From NCBI GenBank assembly GCA_040235515.1, contig JBECKX010000210.1, positions 1 through 38,574 of the forward strand: DNA of 38,574 nt, in the 5' to 3' direction. Position 1 is the stretch's first letter; each line of letters starts with the position of its first letter. The notes below the pieces were generated by a model that was not told the origin of the DNA, ran no database searches, and saw only the letters and a program-made list of their open reading frames with translations. A program made the position numbers and the translations under genes. Of the stretch, positions 25,207 through 33,837 are shown in pieces. This DNA comes from Candidatus Zixiibacteriota bacterium. Lineage in GTDB: Bacteria > Zixibacteria > MSB-5A5 > CAIYYT01.

Positions 25207-27933
25207 CTAACTGGAGCTTGATCGGTGAGCTGACAACCACTCGTTGACCGCGCTGATCAGTTCTCCCTCCTGGTCGTAGATATCAACCTCCACCGGGGAG
25301 GCAGCGATGAATATTTGACCGTAGCGTTTGTGTCCCATGCGTGAATCAGAAACCACAACCACTCCCCAGTCAGCCGCGCTCCTGATCATGCGTCCGATCC
25401 CCTGCCGATACTTGAGTACCGCAGAAGGAATCGAGACGGTCATGAAGGCGTTTTCTCCCGCCTGCGTCGCGCGCTCCTGCCGAGCCTGTTCGAGCGGGTC
25501 ATCGGGGACGGCAAAGGGCATGCGGGTAAGCACGAGCAGACGCAGCAGATCACCCGGAAGGTCAACCCCCTCCCAGAACGACTCGGTACCGATCAGCACT
25601 CCCCGCTTCTGTCGGCGGAAGCGATTGAGCAGTGCTTGCGCCGGAACATCGCTGCGCTGCACCAACAGGTTTGCAGGTTCGACATCAGCGGCCATGAAAT
25701 CAGCGAGTCGCTCCACCATTGAGTATGAAGTACAGAGTACCAGTGTAGGTAACGGATTCTGTTTGACGATCCGGCCCAGCATCCTGCCAAGCCGTTTAAC
25801 ATAATCGGGTTGATTGGGTGGCGGGAGGAATCTCGCGAGGACGATTCTCAGTTGATCGCGCAGCGGGAAAGGTGAAGGGAGCTTGAGCTGTTCAGCTTCG
25901 TATTCGCTGTCTCGTCGCAGGCCGAGTCTGGCCTTGATCCAGCTGAACTCATCCTCGGAATCGAGCGTGGCTGAAGTAAACAAGAGCGAGTGATAGCGCG
26001 GATATAGTTCGCTATGCAGAAGCTGCCCCACCTCAACCGGTGCGACGGTGACATAGATATCGGAATTCATGCCCAGCAATGCCCAGAACACCAGTTCATC
26101 AGAGGTGGAAACCTCCGGTGACGCCTCCCGCTCTGTCACTGCGATCTTCACCAGCGTCTCAATATGCGAGATGATGGTGGAGGCGACTCTGCGAAATGAA
26201 GTGACCCCTTCAAGGTCGCTGTCGTCGGTTGCGCCGGGTGACGATTGCTGCAGTTCGGCCAACGTGGAGCGCACGGTGTTAAAGGCATCCTCGTTTGCGT
26301 GCACCACGCGCGTGATTTCCGCGTGAAGCTGGTCTCCGGGGAGGAACCGCACCCGCGCGCCCGGTTCCCGTTGACGCCGTTCGAGCTGATCCCTGATGTT
26401 CTGGTAGAGTATCTTGACATTATCCGAGAGCAATGCCGCAGTGTTGCTGAAGTCGGCGACCTCAAAACTGCTGTCGTCATCAACGTCGAGTGACGATACC
26501 AGAAAGCTGCGAAACTTCTCGCCGCTGATCCGTTCAAGCCAGCGACTGAGCGCCTGCAGTCCCACCGTTTCCGAGAAGGCATTTACTGCTTCCGCCTGAA
26601 TCCGGTGAGCTTCATCGAATATGATATGATCCGCTTTACCCAGCAAGTCCGCATTGGATACCAGGTCGGAAAAGAGTAGCGCGTAGTTGGTGATCACAAC
26701 CTGTGACCTGGCAGCTTGTTTCCTGGCTCTGAACCCGTAGCAGTCGCTGTAAAACTGGCAATTGCGACGGAGGCAACTCCCCTCATCGACGGTTACGCGG
26801 AACATCAGTCGATCGGCACCACCCTTCTCAAAGATGGCAGTCTCGGTGAGATCACCCGACTTCGTATCCTGCTCCCAGACCACAAGTGCGGCGAGCGCTT
26901 CCGCGGGATACCGCCCCATCTGCTCGGCGAGCTCGGAGATGAAGACTTTGTAGCGCAACAGACAGAGATAGTTGCCGAGCCCTTTAAGGATCGATATCTG
27001 CATTCCATTCGGAATCAACCTGGCGATCTTCGTCAGGTCGGAACGGAACAACTGCTCCTGGAGTGACTTTGTCCTGGTGACCACGATACCGCGCTCACGA
27101 TGGGTGTGGCAGACTGAAATCAGTGGGAGCAGATAGCCGATCGACTTGCCGGTGCCGGTTGCGGCTTCCACCAGGCTGACGCCACCGTTCGCGAGGTTGG
27201 TCAGGACCTTTTGGGCATAGAATGATTGACCGCGGCGAACCTCGAACTCGCTGACGACTTCGCCGCGCGAGGACTTCCCTGTAAAAAAGTCCTCGAGTTC
27301 CTCCGGCTTGATTCCCTCACCAGATGTCAGGTTCTCGAACCGGTCGAGGCTCACCAGCATCTCGGGTGCAATCTCCGGTGCGGTTGTGGCAGCCAGTGCG
27401 GACACTCTCTCGATCCACTCGCTGTATTGCCCCGGCAGGCCGCGAAAGATAGTCCGCAACTGCCGTTGTGCGGCACCGGGGAGCGACCTCAGCTTATTGC
27501 AGGTCACGCCGTAGAGGTTGCGGCATTGCGTGGCGATTGGCTGATCACTCTCCAATGCAAACGCGCGGTTGAACCCTGACAGAGTATCAGTTGCCAGTTG
27601 CGGAAAGAACACCGAGACGAGCAGTTTCAGGTCGATGAAGGGGAGCTCGCTCAGGAAGCCTGTGATTCTCTGCCATTCGGGATGAGCCGATTCGATCGGA
27701 TCGGCGACATACAACGCGCCCCGCAGGCCGTGCAACCGGGTGAACAGCTTATCGGTGACGGCTGCATCGTAGCGAGCTTCGGGGTCTTCAGCGATGATGA
27801 GTGAGTCGGTCGCTGCAGCGGCAGACCCAAACAACTCCAGGGTCAGTATCCTGGTCGGTGGTCGGGAAGTCTTTATGTCAACATAAAGCAGATTGCCGAT
27901 GAACTGATCTCTTACCGAAGTATCCGGGGTCAT
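25207..27933 (-). CDS. DinG/YoaA-family SF2 helicase with degenerate N-terminal exonuclease-like region
   Basis: EAATGTGKS, LKGLGNYLC, Cys cluster CLRRNC..C, DEAH, TSATL, SFWEGVDLPG, QGIGRMIRS. Confidence 0.9.
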   Translation of the reverse strand: MTPDTSVRDQFIGNLLYVDIKTSRPPTRILTLELFGSAAAATDSLIIAEDPEARYDAAVTDKLFTRLHGLRGALYVADPIESAHPEWQRITGFLSELPFIDLKLLVSVFFPQLATDTLSGFNRAFALESDQPIATQCRNLYGVTCNKLRSLPGAAQRQLRTIFRGLPGQYSEWIERVSALAATTAPEIAPEMLVSLDRFENLTSGEGIKPEELEDFFTGKSSRGEVVSEFEVRRGQSFYAQKVLTNLANGGVSLVEAATGTGKSIGYLLPLISVCHTHRERGIVVTRTKSLQEQLFRSDLTKIARLIPNGMQISILKGLGNYLCLLRYKVFISELAEQMGRYPAEALAALVVWEQDTKSGDLTETAIFEKGGADRLMFRVTVDEGSCLRRNCQFYSDCYGFRARKQAARSQVVITNYALLFSDLVSNADLLGKADHIIFDEAHRIQAEAVNAFSETVGLQALSRWLERISGEKFRSFLVSSLDVDDDSSFEVADFSNTAALLSDNVKILYQNIRDQLERRQREPGARVRFLPGDQLHAEITRVVHANEDAFNTVRSTLAELQQSSPGATDDSDLEGVTSFRRVASTIISHIETLVKIAVTEREASPEVSTSDELVFWALLGMNSDIYVTVAPVEVGQLLHSELYPRYHSLLFTSATLDSEDEFSWIKARLGLRRDSEYEAEQLKLPSPFPLRDQLRIVLARFLPPPNQPDYVKRLGRMLGRIVKQNPLPTLVLCTSYSMVERLADFMAADVEPANLLVQRSDVPAQALLNRFRRQKRGVLIGTESFWEGVDLPGDLLRLLVLTRMPFAVPDDPLEQARQERATQAGENAFMTVSIPSAVLKYRQGIGRMIRSAADWGVVVVSDSRMGHKRYGQIFIAASPVEVDIYDQEGELISAVNEWLSAHRSSSS

Positions 27934-27967
27934 CAAGCAGTGACCTGGCTAGATTGAGATGGTAGCC

Positions 27968-28801
27968 CTAGTGGAACACCAGGGTTTCTCGCTTTGTCTG
28001 GTAAATGTAGTCGAATTCGATAACACGCTTCTCTCCTCCTTTTATGGAACGCACGTAGATCAGCCCATACGAATCGTCCGCATCCTTGAACAGCACGGCG
28101 TCCCCTTCAGAAACCGCGAGCAGACGCACCGGGTCTGTCGGCGCCCGGGAGACTCTAATACTGTCAATCGCTGCTGCCTTGCCCAACGGATAGAACCTGG
28201 TCGTGCGCAATACATAGTCGACGCGGTTCGGGGATGCCAGGTTCACCCTGCCATTGATAACGGCGAGGTAGATATCATTGTCGATATCATCGGTGGGGAC
28301 ATGTTCATCGCGCGCGAATGAGAACCCTTCATTGCTCCCGCTGAAGGATTCGGCCAGCAGGGTTCTGCCAGCAGGCCGGGGGATGCTCCAAACGGTATCG
28401 GTAGGCGAAGACTCCGTATTGCCGGAGAATACCGTGGTGACGAATACTCTGTATTCCTCGCCGTTTCGCAGCCCCTCGAGCGGATAGGTTTCAAACTCGA
28501 TCTCAGGATTCAAGTCACCCGGATAAGGCTGGTCATTGTGACGCTTGAAGTCGCCATCCTCCGCGGCCAGGTAGATATTGAATCCGCTGATCACATCATC
28601 CGCATTACGATTGGTATCCCAGCGCAGATCGAGCGCGCCACTGCGTGGTGCCACGGTCAGGTTTGACGGGTTGGGTCCCGTTGCGCCACCCTCGATGGGC
28701 GGCTTGGTTGCGGCACACCCTGCAAATATCAAAGCTGCTAACGCAACCAGTGGCAGTCTTACGATTGAAGCGAATTTGACCGGTAGTGTGGAATTCAGCA
28801 A
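27968..28801 (-). CDS. Lipoprotein with fibronectin type III-like domain
   Basis: Lipobox IFAG|C; PSNLTV..LRW..GFNIY..LEGLRNGEEYRVFVT..ES FN3 pattern. Confidence 0.72.
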   Translation of the reverse strand: MLNSTLPVKFASIVRLPLVALAALIFAGCAATKPPIEGGATGPNPSNLTVAPRSGALDLRWDTNRNADDVISGFNIYLAAEDGDFKRHNDQPYPGDLNPEIEFETYPLEGLRNGEEYRVFVTTVFSGNTESSPTDTVWSIPRPAGRTLLAESFSGSNEGFSFARDEHVPTDDIDNDIYLAVINGRVNLASPNRVDYVLRTTRFYPLGKAAAIDSIRVSRAPTDPVRLLAVSEGDAVLFKDADDSYGLIYVRSIKGGEKRVIEFDYIYQTKRETLVFH

Positions 28802-28864
28802 AGCCTCATGACCTCATTTCTGCGGGCTTAATGATCGGCGACAACGGTTGTCCGGCGCAGTATG

Positions 28865-29635
28865 CTACGACAGCTTTCGATGTGGCGGGCCGACGTATTG
28901 CGCATTGGTATCTCCCAATTTTCGCATCGGCCGCTGCGTAGTCTTCTCCTCGTACGCGTGGGCAGCCAATCCGGCGACACGTGAGAAAATGAAAAACGCT
29001 TTGCCAAGCTGCCAATCGAATCCAAGGTCGGAGATGACTGCAGCGATAGCGCCATCGACATTCAGCGGTAGTTTCTTGCCGGTACTTTGTTCCAGTGCGC
29101 TTTCGATCGCGAGAGCCAGTTCCAGGTGGCGTCCATTGAAATTGTTGCGTCTGGCGATTTCGAACAGCTTGGCCGTCCTCGGATCAGCGGTATGAAGACG
29201 GTGACCGAACCCGGGCATCCGCTTTTTCGATTGCGCCAACTCCTCCACCAGCCTGCGGGCAAGGTCACTCGGGGTGCCTTCCCTGGCGGCCCATTGCTGC
29301 ATAATGCGGGCCGATTGTTCGATCGCGCCGCCGTGGACATCACCAATCGCCAGCACTCCCGCCGCTACCGCGGTATTGAAAGAGTTGCCGGCGGACATGA
29401 CCGTGCGGGTCGCGAGAACCGAAGGAGGGCTGACGCCATGATCGACAGAGGAAACCAGTATCGCGCGCATCATCTCCGACTCGGCATCCGAGGGGAGTTC
29501 GCCCTTGAGCACCAGGAAGATGGCATCACTGAAGCTGAGCGATTCCATCAGTTCGGCGACATCGTAACCTCGCACGCGGATCAGGTTGGCGCCGATCTCG
29601 GTGATGGAGGTTTTCCACGGCTCTGAACTGTTCAT
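28865..29635 (-). CDS. Citryl-CoA lyase (citrate-synthase-like family)
   Basis: WKTSIT, VRGY, DHG, HGGAIE, PGFGHR..DPR, LNVDGAIAA; ~256 aa; ATGA overlap with upstream gene. Confidence 0.85.
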   Translation of the reverse strand: MNSSEPWKTSITEIGANLIRVRGYDVAELMESLSFSDAIFLVLKGELPSDAESEMMRAILVSSVDHGVSPPSVLATRTVMSAGNSFNTAVAAGVLAIGDVHGGAIEQSARIMQQWAAREGTPSDLARRLVEELAQSKKRMPGFGHRLHTADPRTAKLFEIARRNNFNGRHLELALAIESALEQSTGKKLPLNVDGAIAAVISDLGFDWQLGKAFFIFSRVAGLAAHAYEEKTTQRPMRKLGDTNAQYVGPPHRKLS

Positions 29636-30480
29636 CGTCCATCCCCGGCTTTCTCGCGATTGGAGATCGCTTCGTCGGTTTGAGTCGGGAGGAATGCCAA
29701 CCAACGTTCCTCGATCTCATCAGGTGTTACCCCCAGCAGTACTTCGACCGCAGTGGCGAAATCATCCTGGCTGTCATAGACCTGCCGGAACTCCGATTTT
29801 TGCTGGAATGTGATCGGACCCCACTGCGTCAGCATGAATGCGCAAAGTGACGCCGCCTGAGTCTGACGTTTATTCTCGTCAAGCCTCATATACTTGTCGT
29901 TGTCGATCATCTCCTCGATGTCGAAATAATCGTCATCCTGCACGCGCTGGTAAAGCATGTCATGGAAGTTGCGACCACTGTAGTCGAACGCGAGTTGTAA
30001 GCCTTCCTCCATGAATTTGTGTCGCGGGTGACCGATATCATCCATGACCATCTGGGTCAACTGCTTGCCATAAATGGGGCCGTAGCCATAGAAAATCGAA
30101 TCCCCCTGCACCGTCGTGAAATTCAAACCCGTAGAACTGAGCAGGTCTCTCAGGTCGGCGAAGCAGAAGAAGTAGATCGTGTCGACCTCCTGGTCCTGCA
30201 GGCCGAAGATGATATTGGCATACATCTCCTCCGTTTTCTTCAGCAACGCCGGAGCCTTGGCGGCAAGCGTGTCGACCGGCTGGTAGTAGAATTGGACATA
30301 CTGACCGGGAAGCTTCTGCCACTCGAAGTCAACATTGAGGGTTACCGGGCCGGAGTGCCGTTGCTGTGACTGCGACATCGAACCGGATGAATCGGAATCG
30401 TTGTCATCGGAACCACAGCTCCAGAGTAGCAGCATCGGGACGACCAGGATAAATGCAAACAGGAATCTATATCGTGTCAT
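29632..30480 (-). CDS. Hypothetical lipoprotein, peptidase MA-like fold lacking HExxH
   Basis: Lipobox LWS|C; Ser-rich linker; KQLTQ...FMEEGL...QAASLCAFML..WG; GGAGG RBS before ATG 30480. Confidence 0.65.
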   Translation of the reverse strand: MTRYRFLFAFILVVPMLLLWSCGSDDNDSDSSGSMSQSQQRHSGPVTLNVDFEWQKLPGQYVQFYYQPVDTLAAKAPALLKKTEEMYANIIFGLQDQEVDTIYFFCFADLRDLLSSTGLNFTTVQGDSIFYGYGPIYGKQLTQMVMDDIGHPRHKFMEEGLQLAFDYSGRNFHDMLYQRVQDDDYFDIEEMIDNDKYMRLDENKRQTQAASLCAFMLTQWGPITFQQKSEFRQVYDSQDDFATAVEVLLGVTPDEIEERWLAFLPTQTDEAISNREKAGDGR

Positions 30481-30591
30481 TACTCCTCCAGGATTCGAGA
30501 ACTCATCGGCAAGGATGATAGTCGATTGCCGGGGGGATGTCAACAATACCGAACCTCGGCGGTATCAGTAGGTGGCGGGGAATGGTGACAT

Positions 30592-30623
30592 AAAAAAACG
30601 GGAAGCCGCCGAGCGGCGGCTTC
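30592..30623 (-). terminator. Rho-independent terminator ending the oxidoreductase operon
   Basis: GAAGCCGCC-loop-GGCGGCTTC followed by CCGTTTTTTT on the minus strand. Confidence 0.85.
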
Positions 30624-30668
30624 TCAAACGGGCCTGTAGGCGATAGAATCGGTCGGTGAGAGTCGGTC

Positions 30669-31094
30669 TCAGCCTGCGTGCGACAGTGCCGACTTGTAGA
30701 CGAGCGCCTGCGTCGGACAGAATTTCGCACAGGCCGGATCTCCCCCGCAAAGATCGCATTTCACGACGCGATTCTGATGATCATCGAACAACGAACAACC
30801 GAACGGGCACGCGGCGACGCATGCCATACATTTGACACAAATCTCGTGATCGATCTCGTAAGCACCGGTTTCCGGATTCAACTTGATCGCATCCACCAGG
30901 CACGACTTCACGCAGGCGGGATCATCGCACTGCAGACAGACCACCGGTACCCAGAGGTCTTTCATTCCACCATCGAGCGGATAGATTCGGCTGCGACCCT
31001 GCTTGCCGTCGACGGCGTGCGTAAATGAACACGCCAGCTCACAGGTACGACAACCGATGCAGAGGTTCGGGACTACTTCGAAGCGCATTTTCAT
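30669..31094 (-). CDS. 4x[4Fe-4S] electron-transfer subunit (DmsB/CooF/HydN/AOR-small-subunit-like)
   Basis: CIGCRTCELAC, CLQCDDPACVKSC, CVKCMACVAACP, KCDLC..DPACAKFCP. Confidence 0.9.
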   Translation of the reverse strand: MKMRFEVVPNLCIGCRTCELACSFTHAVDGKQGRSRIYPLDGGMKDLWVPVVCLQCDDPACVKSCLVDAIKLNPETGAYEIDHEICVKCMACVAACPFGCSLFDDHQNRVVKCDLCGGDPACAKFCPTQALVYKSALSHAG

Positions 31095-31885
31095 GATTCG
31101 ACCTCCTTCGGGCCGGCATCCACACGCGACCAGGCCGCTATCTTGCCAAAACTTCGGGCCGTGCGCTTCCGGTGACTTTCGTCTCCTTCGCCGAAGTACT
31201 CTGCCGGAATCTCGCGATGTTGACTGAGATACTCGGCAAACTCGCGTGTGATCGTCGGCTTGCCGGTCTGCGGGTCACGCAGCATCTCGAAAGTCTTGCC
31301 CCAGATTTCCCTGGTCACACCGGTATCGGTGTACTTGATGTAGTTGGTCGGGCAGTTGAGCGCGCACGCGAGACAGCCTGTACAATCAGGCGGCGGTTCG
31401 TTCAAAGGTGGCGCAACCTCGCGACCATGCCCGCGGTTGACCAGAGAGATCGCCGAGAAACCCATCGCATCGCAGATACGAGTACAGATGGAGCAGAGGA
31501 TACAATCATCTGGCTCGGCAACTTCCTGATATTTGCTGCGCACGATCCCGTATTCGGCGGCAAGGTCCTTGATTTCTTTTGTATGCGGATTTCGCGCGAG
31601 TAGCAGATGCAGCACGGTTTTGCGTTCTTCGATCACCGCCTCGGAATCGGTTTGAACTTCGAGATCCGCGCTCACCGGGTAGAGACAGGAAACCACCAGG
31701 TCTTTCCAACCCTTCCACTGTGGCTTGGTGATCTCCACCATGCAGAGACGGCAACCGCCGTACGGCTCGACTGCCTCATGGTGACAGAGCGCCGGTACGC
31801 CGAATCCGGCACGTTTCAAGACGGCCAGGAGGTATTCCCCCTCCTCCGCCTGAACCAGTCTGCCGTTGATAGTAATATTGATCAT
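31091..31885 (-). CDS. NuoG/HydA N-terminal-like Fe-S subunit without catalytic domain
   Basis: LCHH...GGCRLCMVE...SC [2Fe-2S]; CILCSICTRIC and CTGCLACALNCP; start 31885-31912 uncertain. Confidence 0.85.
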   Translation of the reverse strand: MINITINGRLVQAEEGEYLLAVLKRAGFGVPALCHHEAVEPYGGCRLCMVEITKPQWKGWKDLVVSCLYPVSADLEVQTDSEAVIEERKTVLHLLLARNPHTKEIKDLAAEYGIVRSKYQEVAEPDDCILCSICTRICDAMGFSAISLVNRGHGREVAPPLNEPPPDCTGCLACALNCPTNYIKYTDTGVTREIWGKTFEMLRDPQTGKPTITREFAEYLSQHREIPAEYFGEGDESHRKRTARSFGKIAAWSRVDAGPKEVES

Positions 31886-31908
31886 CGTCATCTCTCCGTC
31901 ATCATTTC

Positions 31909-33837
31909 TCAAGCCACATCGATCGCGTCATACCTGCACACCGCCACACACGCGCCACACTGCGTACATTTATCCTGGTGTATGAAGTGCGGCTTTTTCT
32001 TCTCACCCGTGATGGCATTGTAGGCACACGCCGCTATGCAGGCGACACAGCCGGTGCATTTTTCTTCATTGATAGTGTAAGTGATCAACTCGCGGCAGAC
32101 GCCTGCGGGACACCGCTTCTCGCGGATATGTGCTTCCCATTCATCGCGGAAGTAGCGGAGTGTTGAGAGGATCGGATTCGGCCCCGACTTACCCAGTCCG
32201 CAGAGGGAGGCTTTCACCACGACATCAGAGAGCTGCTCGATTTTCTCGAGATCACCCTCTTCGGCACGTCCCTCACAGACAGCGACCGTCATCTGGTGCA
32301 GTTGATAGAGCCCTTCGCGACACGGCACGCATTTGCCACAAGATTCAGATACCAGGAACTGCAGGAAATAGCGGGCGACATCGACCATGCAGGTACGATC
32401 ATCCATCACGATCATGCCGCCGGAGCCCATCATCGACCCCGCCTTAGTAAGCGAATCGAAGTCCACCGGCAGGTCGAGCATCGATTCCGGCAGACAACCA
32501 CCCGAGGGTCCTCCGGTCTGGACTGCCTTGAAGGGTCGATCTCCGAGAATGCCGCGACCGATGTCATAGATGATCTCGCGCAGAGTCGTCCCCATCGCCA
32601 CTTCGATAAGGCCCGTATTGCGCACCTTACCGACCAGGGAAAATGCCTTGGTACCGCTGTTGTTTTCGCAACCGATTGATGTGAACCAGGCGGCGCCCCG
32701 GTCCAGGATGACCGGGACATTGGCGTAGGTTTCTACGTTGTTGAGAACCGTCGGCTTGTCCCACAGTCCTTTGATCACCGAACGAATATATTTCTCGCGC
32801 GGCTCGCCCACCTGCCCGGCTACAGATTTCATCAAGGCCGAGGATTCACCACACACGAACGCGCCTGCGCCACGCGCAATTTTGATATCGAAACAGAAGT
32901 CGGTTCCGAGTATTTTCTCACCCAACAAGCCATACTCGCGACAATCATCGATTGCCTTCTGCAGGTGCAACACCGCGAGGGGGTATTCTTCACGTACGTA
33001 GATGAATCCGCGCCGGGCGCCGACTGCGTATGCAGCAATCATCATCCCCTCCAAGACAGTATGCGGATCGCCCTCCATGATGCTTCGATCCATGAATGCA
33101 CCGGGGTCCCCCTCATCTCCGTTGCAGATCACGAAGCGCTCATCCGCGTCGACACTCGCGCATTGACGCCACTTTCGCCCCGCTGGAAAACCGCCGCCAC
33201 CTCTACCGCGCAGGTTGGCTTTGTCGACTTCATCGATCACTTGCTCCGGCGTCATCTTGAGGATGGCTTTGGCGAGTCCCTGGTATCCCCCGACTGCGAT
33301 GTAGTCACCGATCGAGTGCGCCGCTATCTTTCCCAGGTTTCGCAGCGCGATTCGCTCCTGATGTTTGAAGAAGGAGACATTTCCGTAGCATTCGATCTTC
33401 TTTTCATCCTTCGGATCGACATAGAGATGCTTCTCGATGACATCGTCACTCTCAATCGACTTCGCGATGATGTCGGGAATATCTTTCGGTTTGACCTTGG
33501 TGTAAAAAGTGCCCTTCGGCTCGATCACAACCAGCGGTCCCTGCTCGCAAAAGCCGTGGCAGCCGGTCTCTTTGATCGCCTTGACTTCGAAGTCTTTGAT
33601 CTTGCGTTGCTTGAGCACATCGTGGAACGCCTCCACCAGCTTGGCGGCGCCGTTGGCGAGACAGCCGGTACCGCAGCAGATCATCACCTGCTTCGGGAAC
33701 CTGGCATTCTCTGCGCGGCACTGAGTGCGCATCAGGTCGAGCTGTGCCCTGGAGGTAATCTTGCCCGTGAATTCGGTTTTCGGCTTCGCAGCGGCCCCGG
33801 TCTTCTTCTTCTGAGTCTTGGTAGTCCTGGCCATCAT
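31909..33837 (-). CDS. NuoF/HydB-like NAD(H)/FMN-binding subunit, long bifurcating-type architecture
   Basis: N-terminal CCGTGC/GCHGFCEQGP, LRGRGGGGFPAGRKW, GDEGDPGAFMDR, GGPSGGC, ESCGKCVPCREG, CPAGVC, two C-terminal 4Fe-4S motifs; ATGA overlap with nuoE-like gene. Confidence 0.93.
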   Translation of the reverse strand: MMARTTKTQKKKTGAAAKPKTEFTGKITSRAQLDLMRTQCRAENARFPKQVMICCGTGCLANGAAKLVEAFHDVLKQRKIKDFEVKAIKETGCHGFCEQGPLVVIEPKGTFYTKVKPKDIPDIIAKSIESDDVIEKHLYVDPKDEKKIECYGNVSFFKHQERIALRNLGKIAAHSIGDYIAVGGYQGLAKAILKMTPEQVIDEVDKANLRGRGGGGFPAGRKWRQCASVDADERFVICNGDEGDPGAFMDRSIMEGDPHTVLEGMMIAAYAVGARRGFIYVREEYPLAVLHLQKAIDDCREYGLLGEKILGTDFCFDIKIARGAGAFVCGESSALMKSVAGQVGEPREKYIRSVIKGLWDKPTVLNNVETYANVPVILDRGAAWFTSIGCENNSGTKAFSLVGKVRNTGLIEVAMGTTLREIIYDIGRGILGDRPFKAVQTGGPSGGCLPESMLDLPVDFDSLTKAGSMMGSGGMIVMDDRTCMVDVARYFLQFLVSESCGKCVPCREGLYQLHQMTVAVCEGRAEEGDLEKIEQLSDVVVKASLCGLGKSGPNPILSTLRYFRDEWEAHIREKRCPAGVCRELITYTINEEKCTGCVACIAACAYNAITGEKKKPHFIHQDKCTQCGACVAVCRYDAIDVA

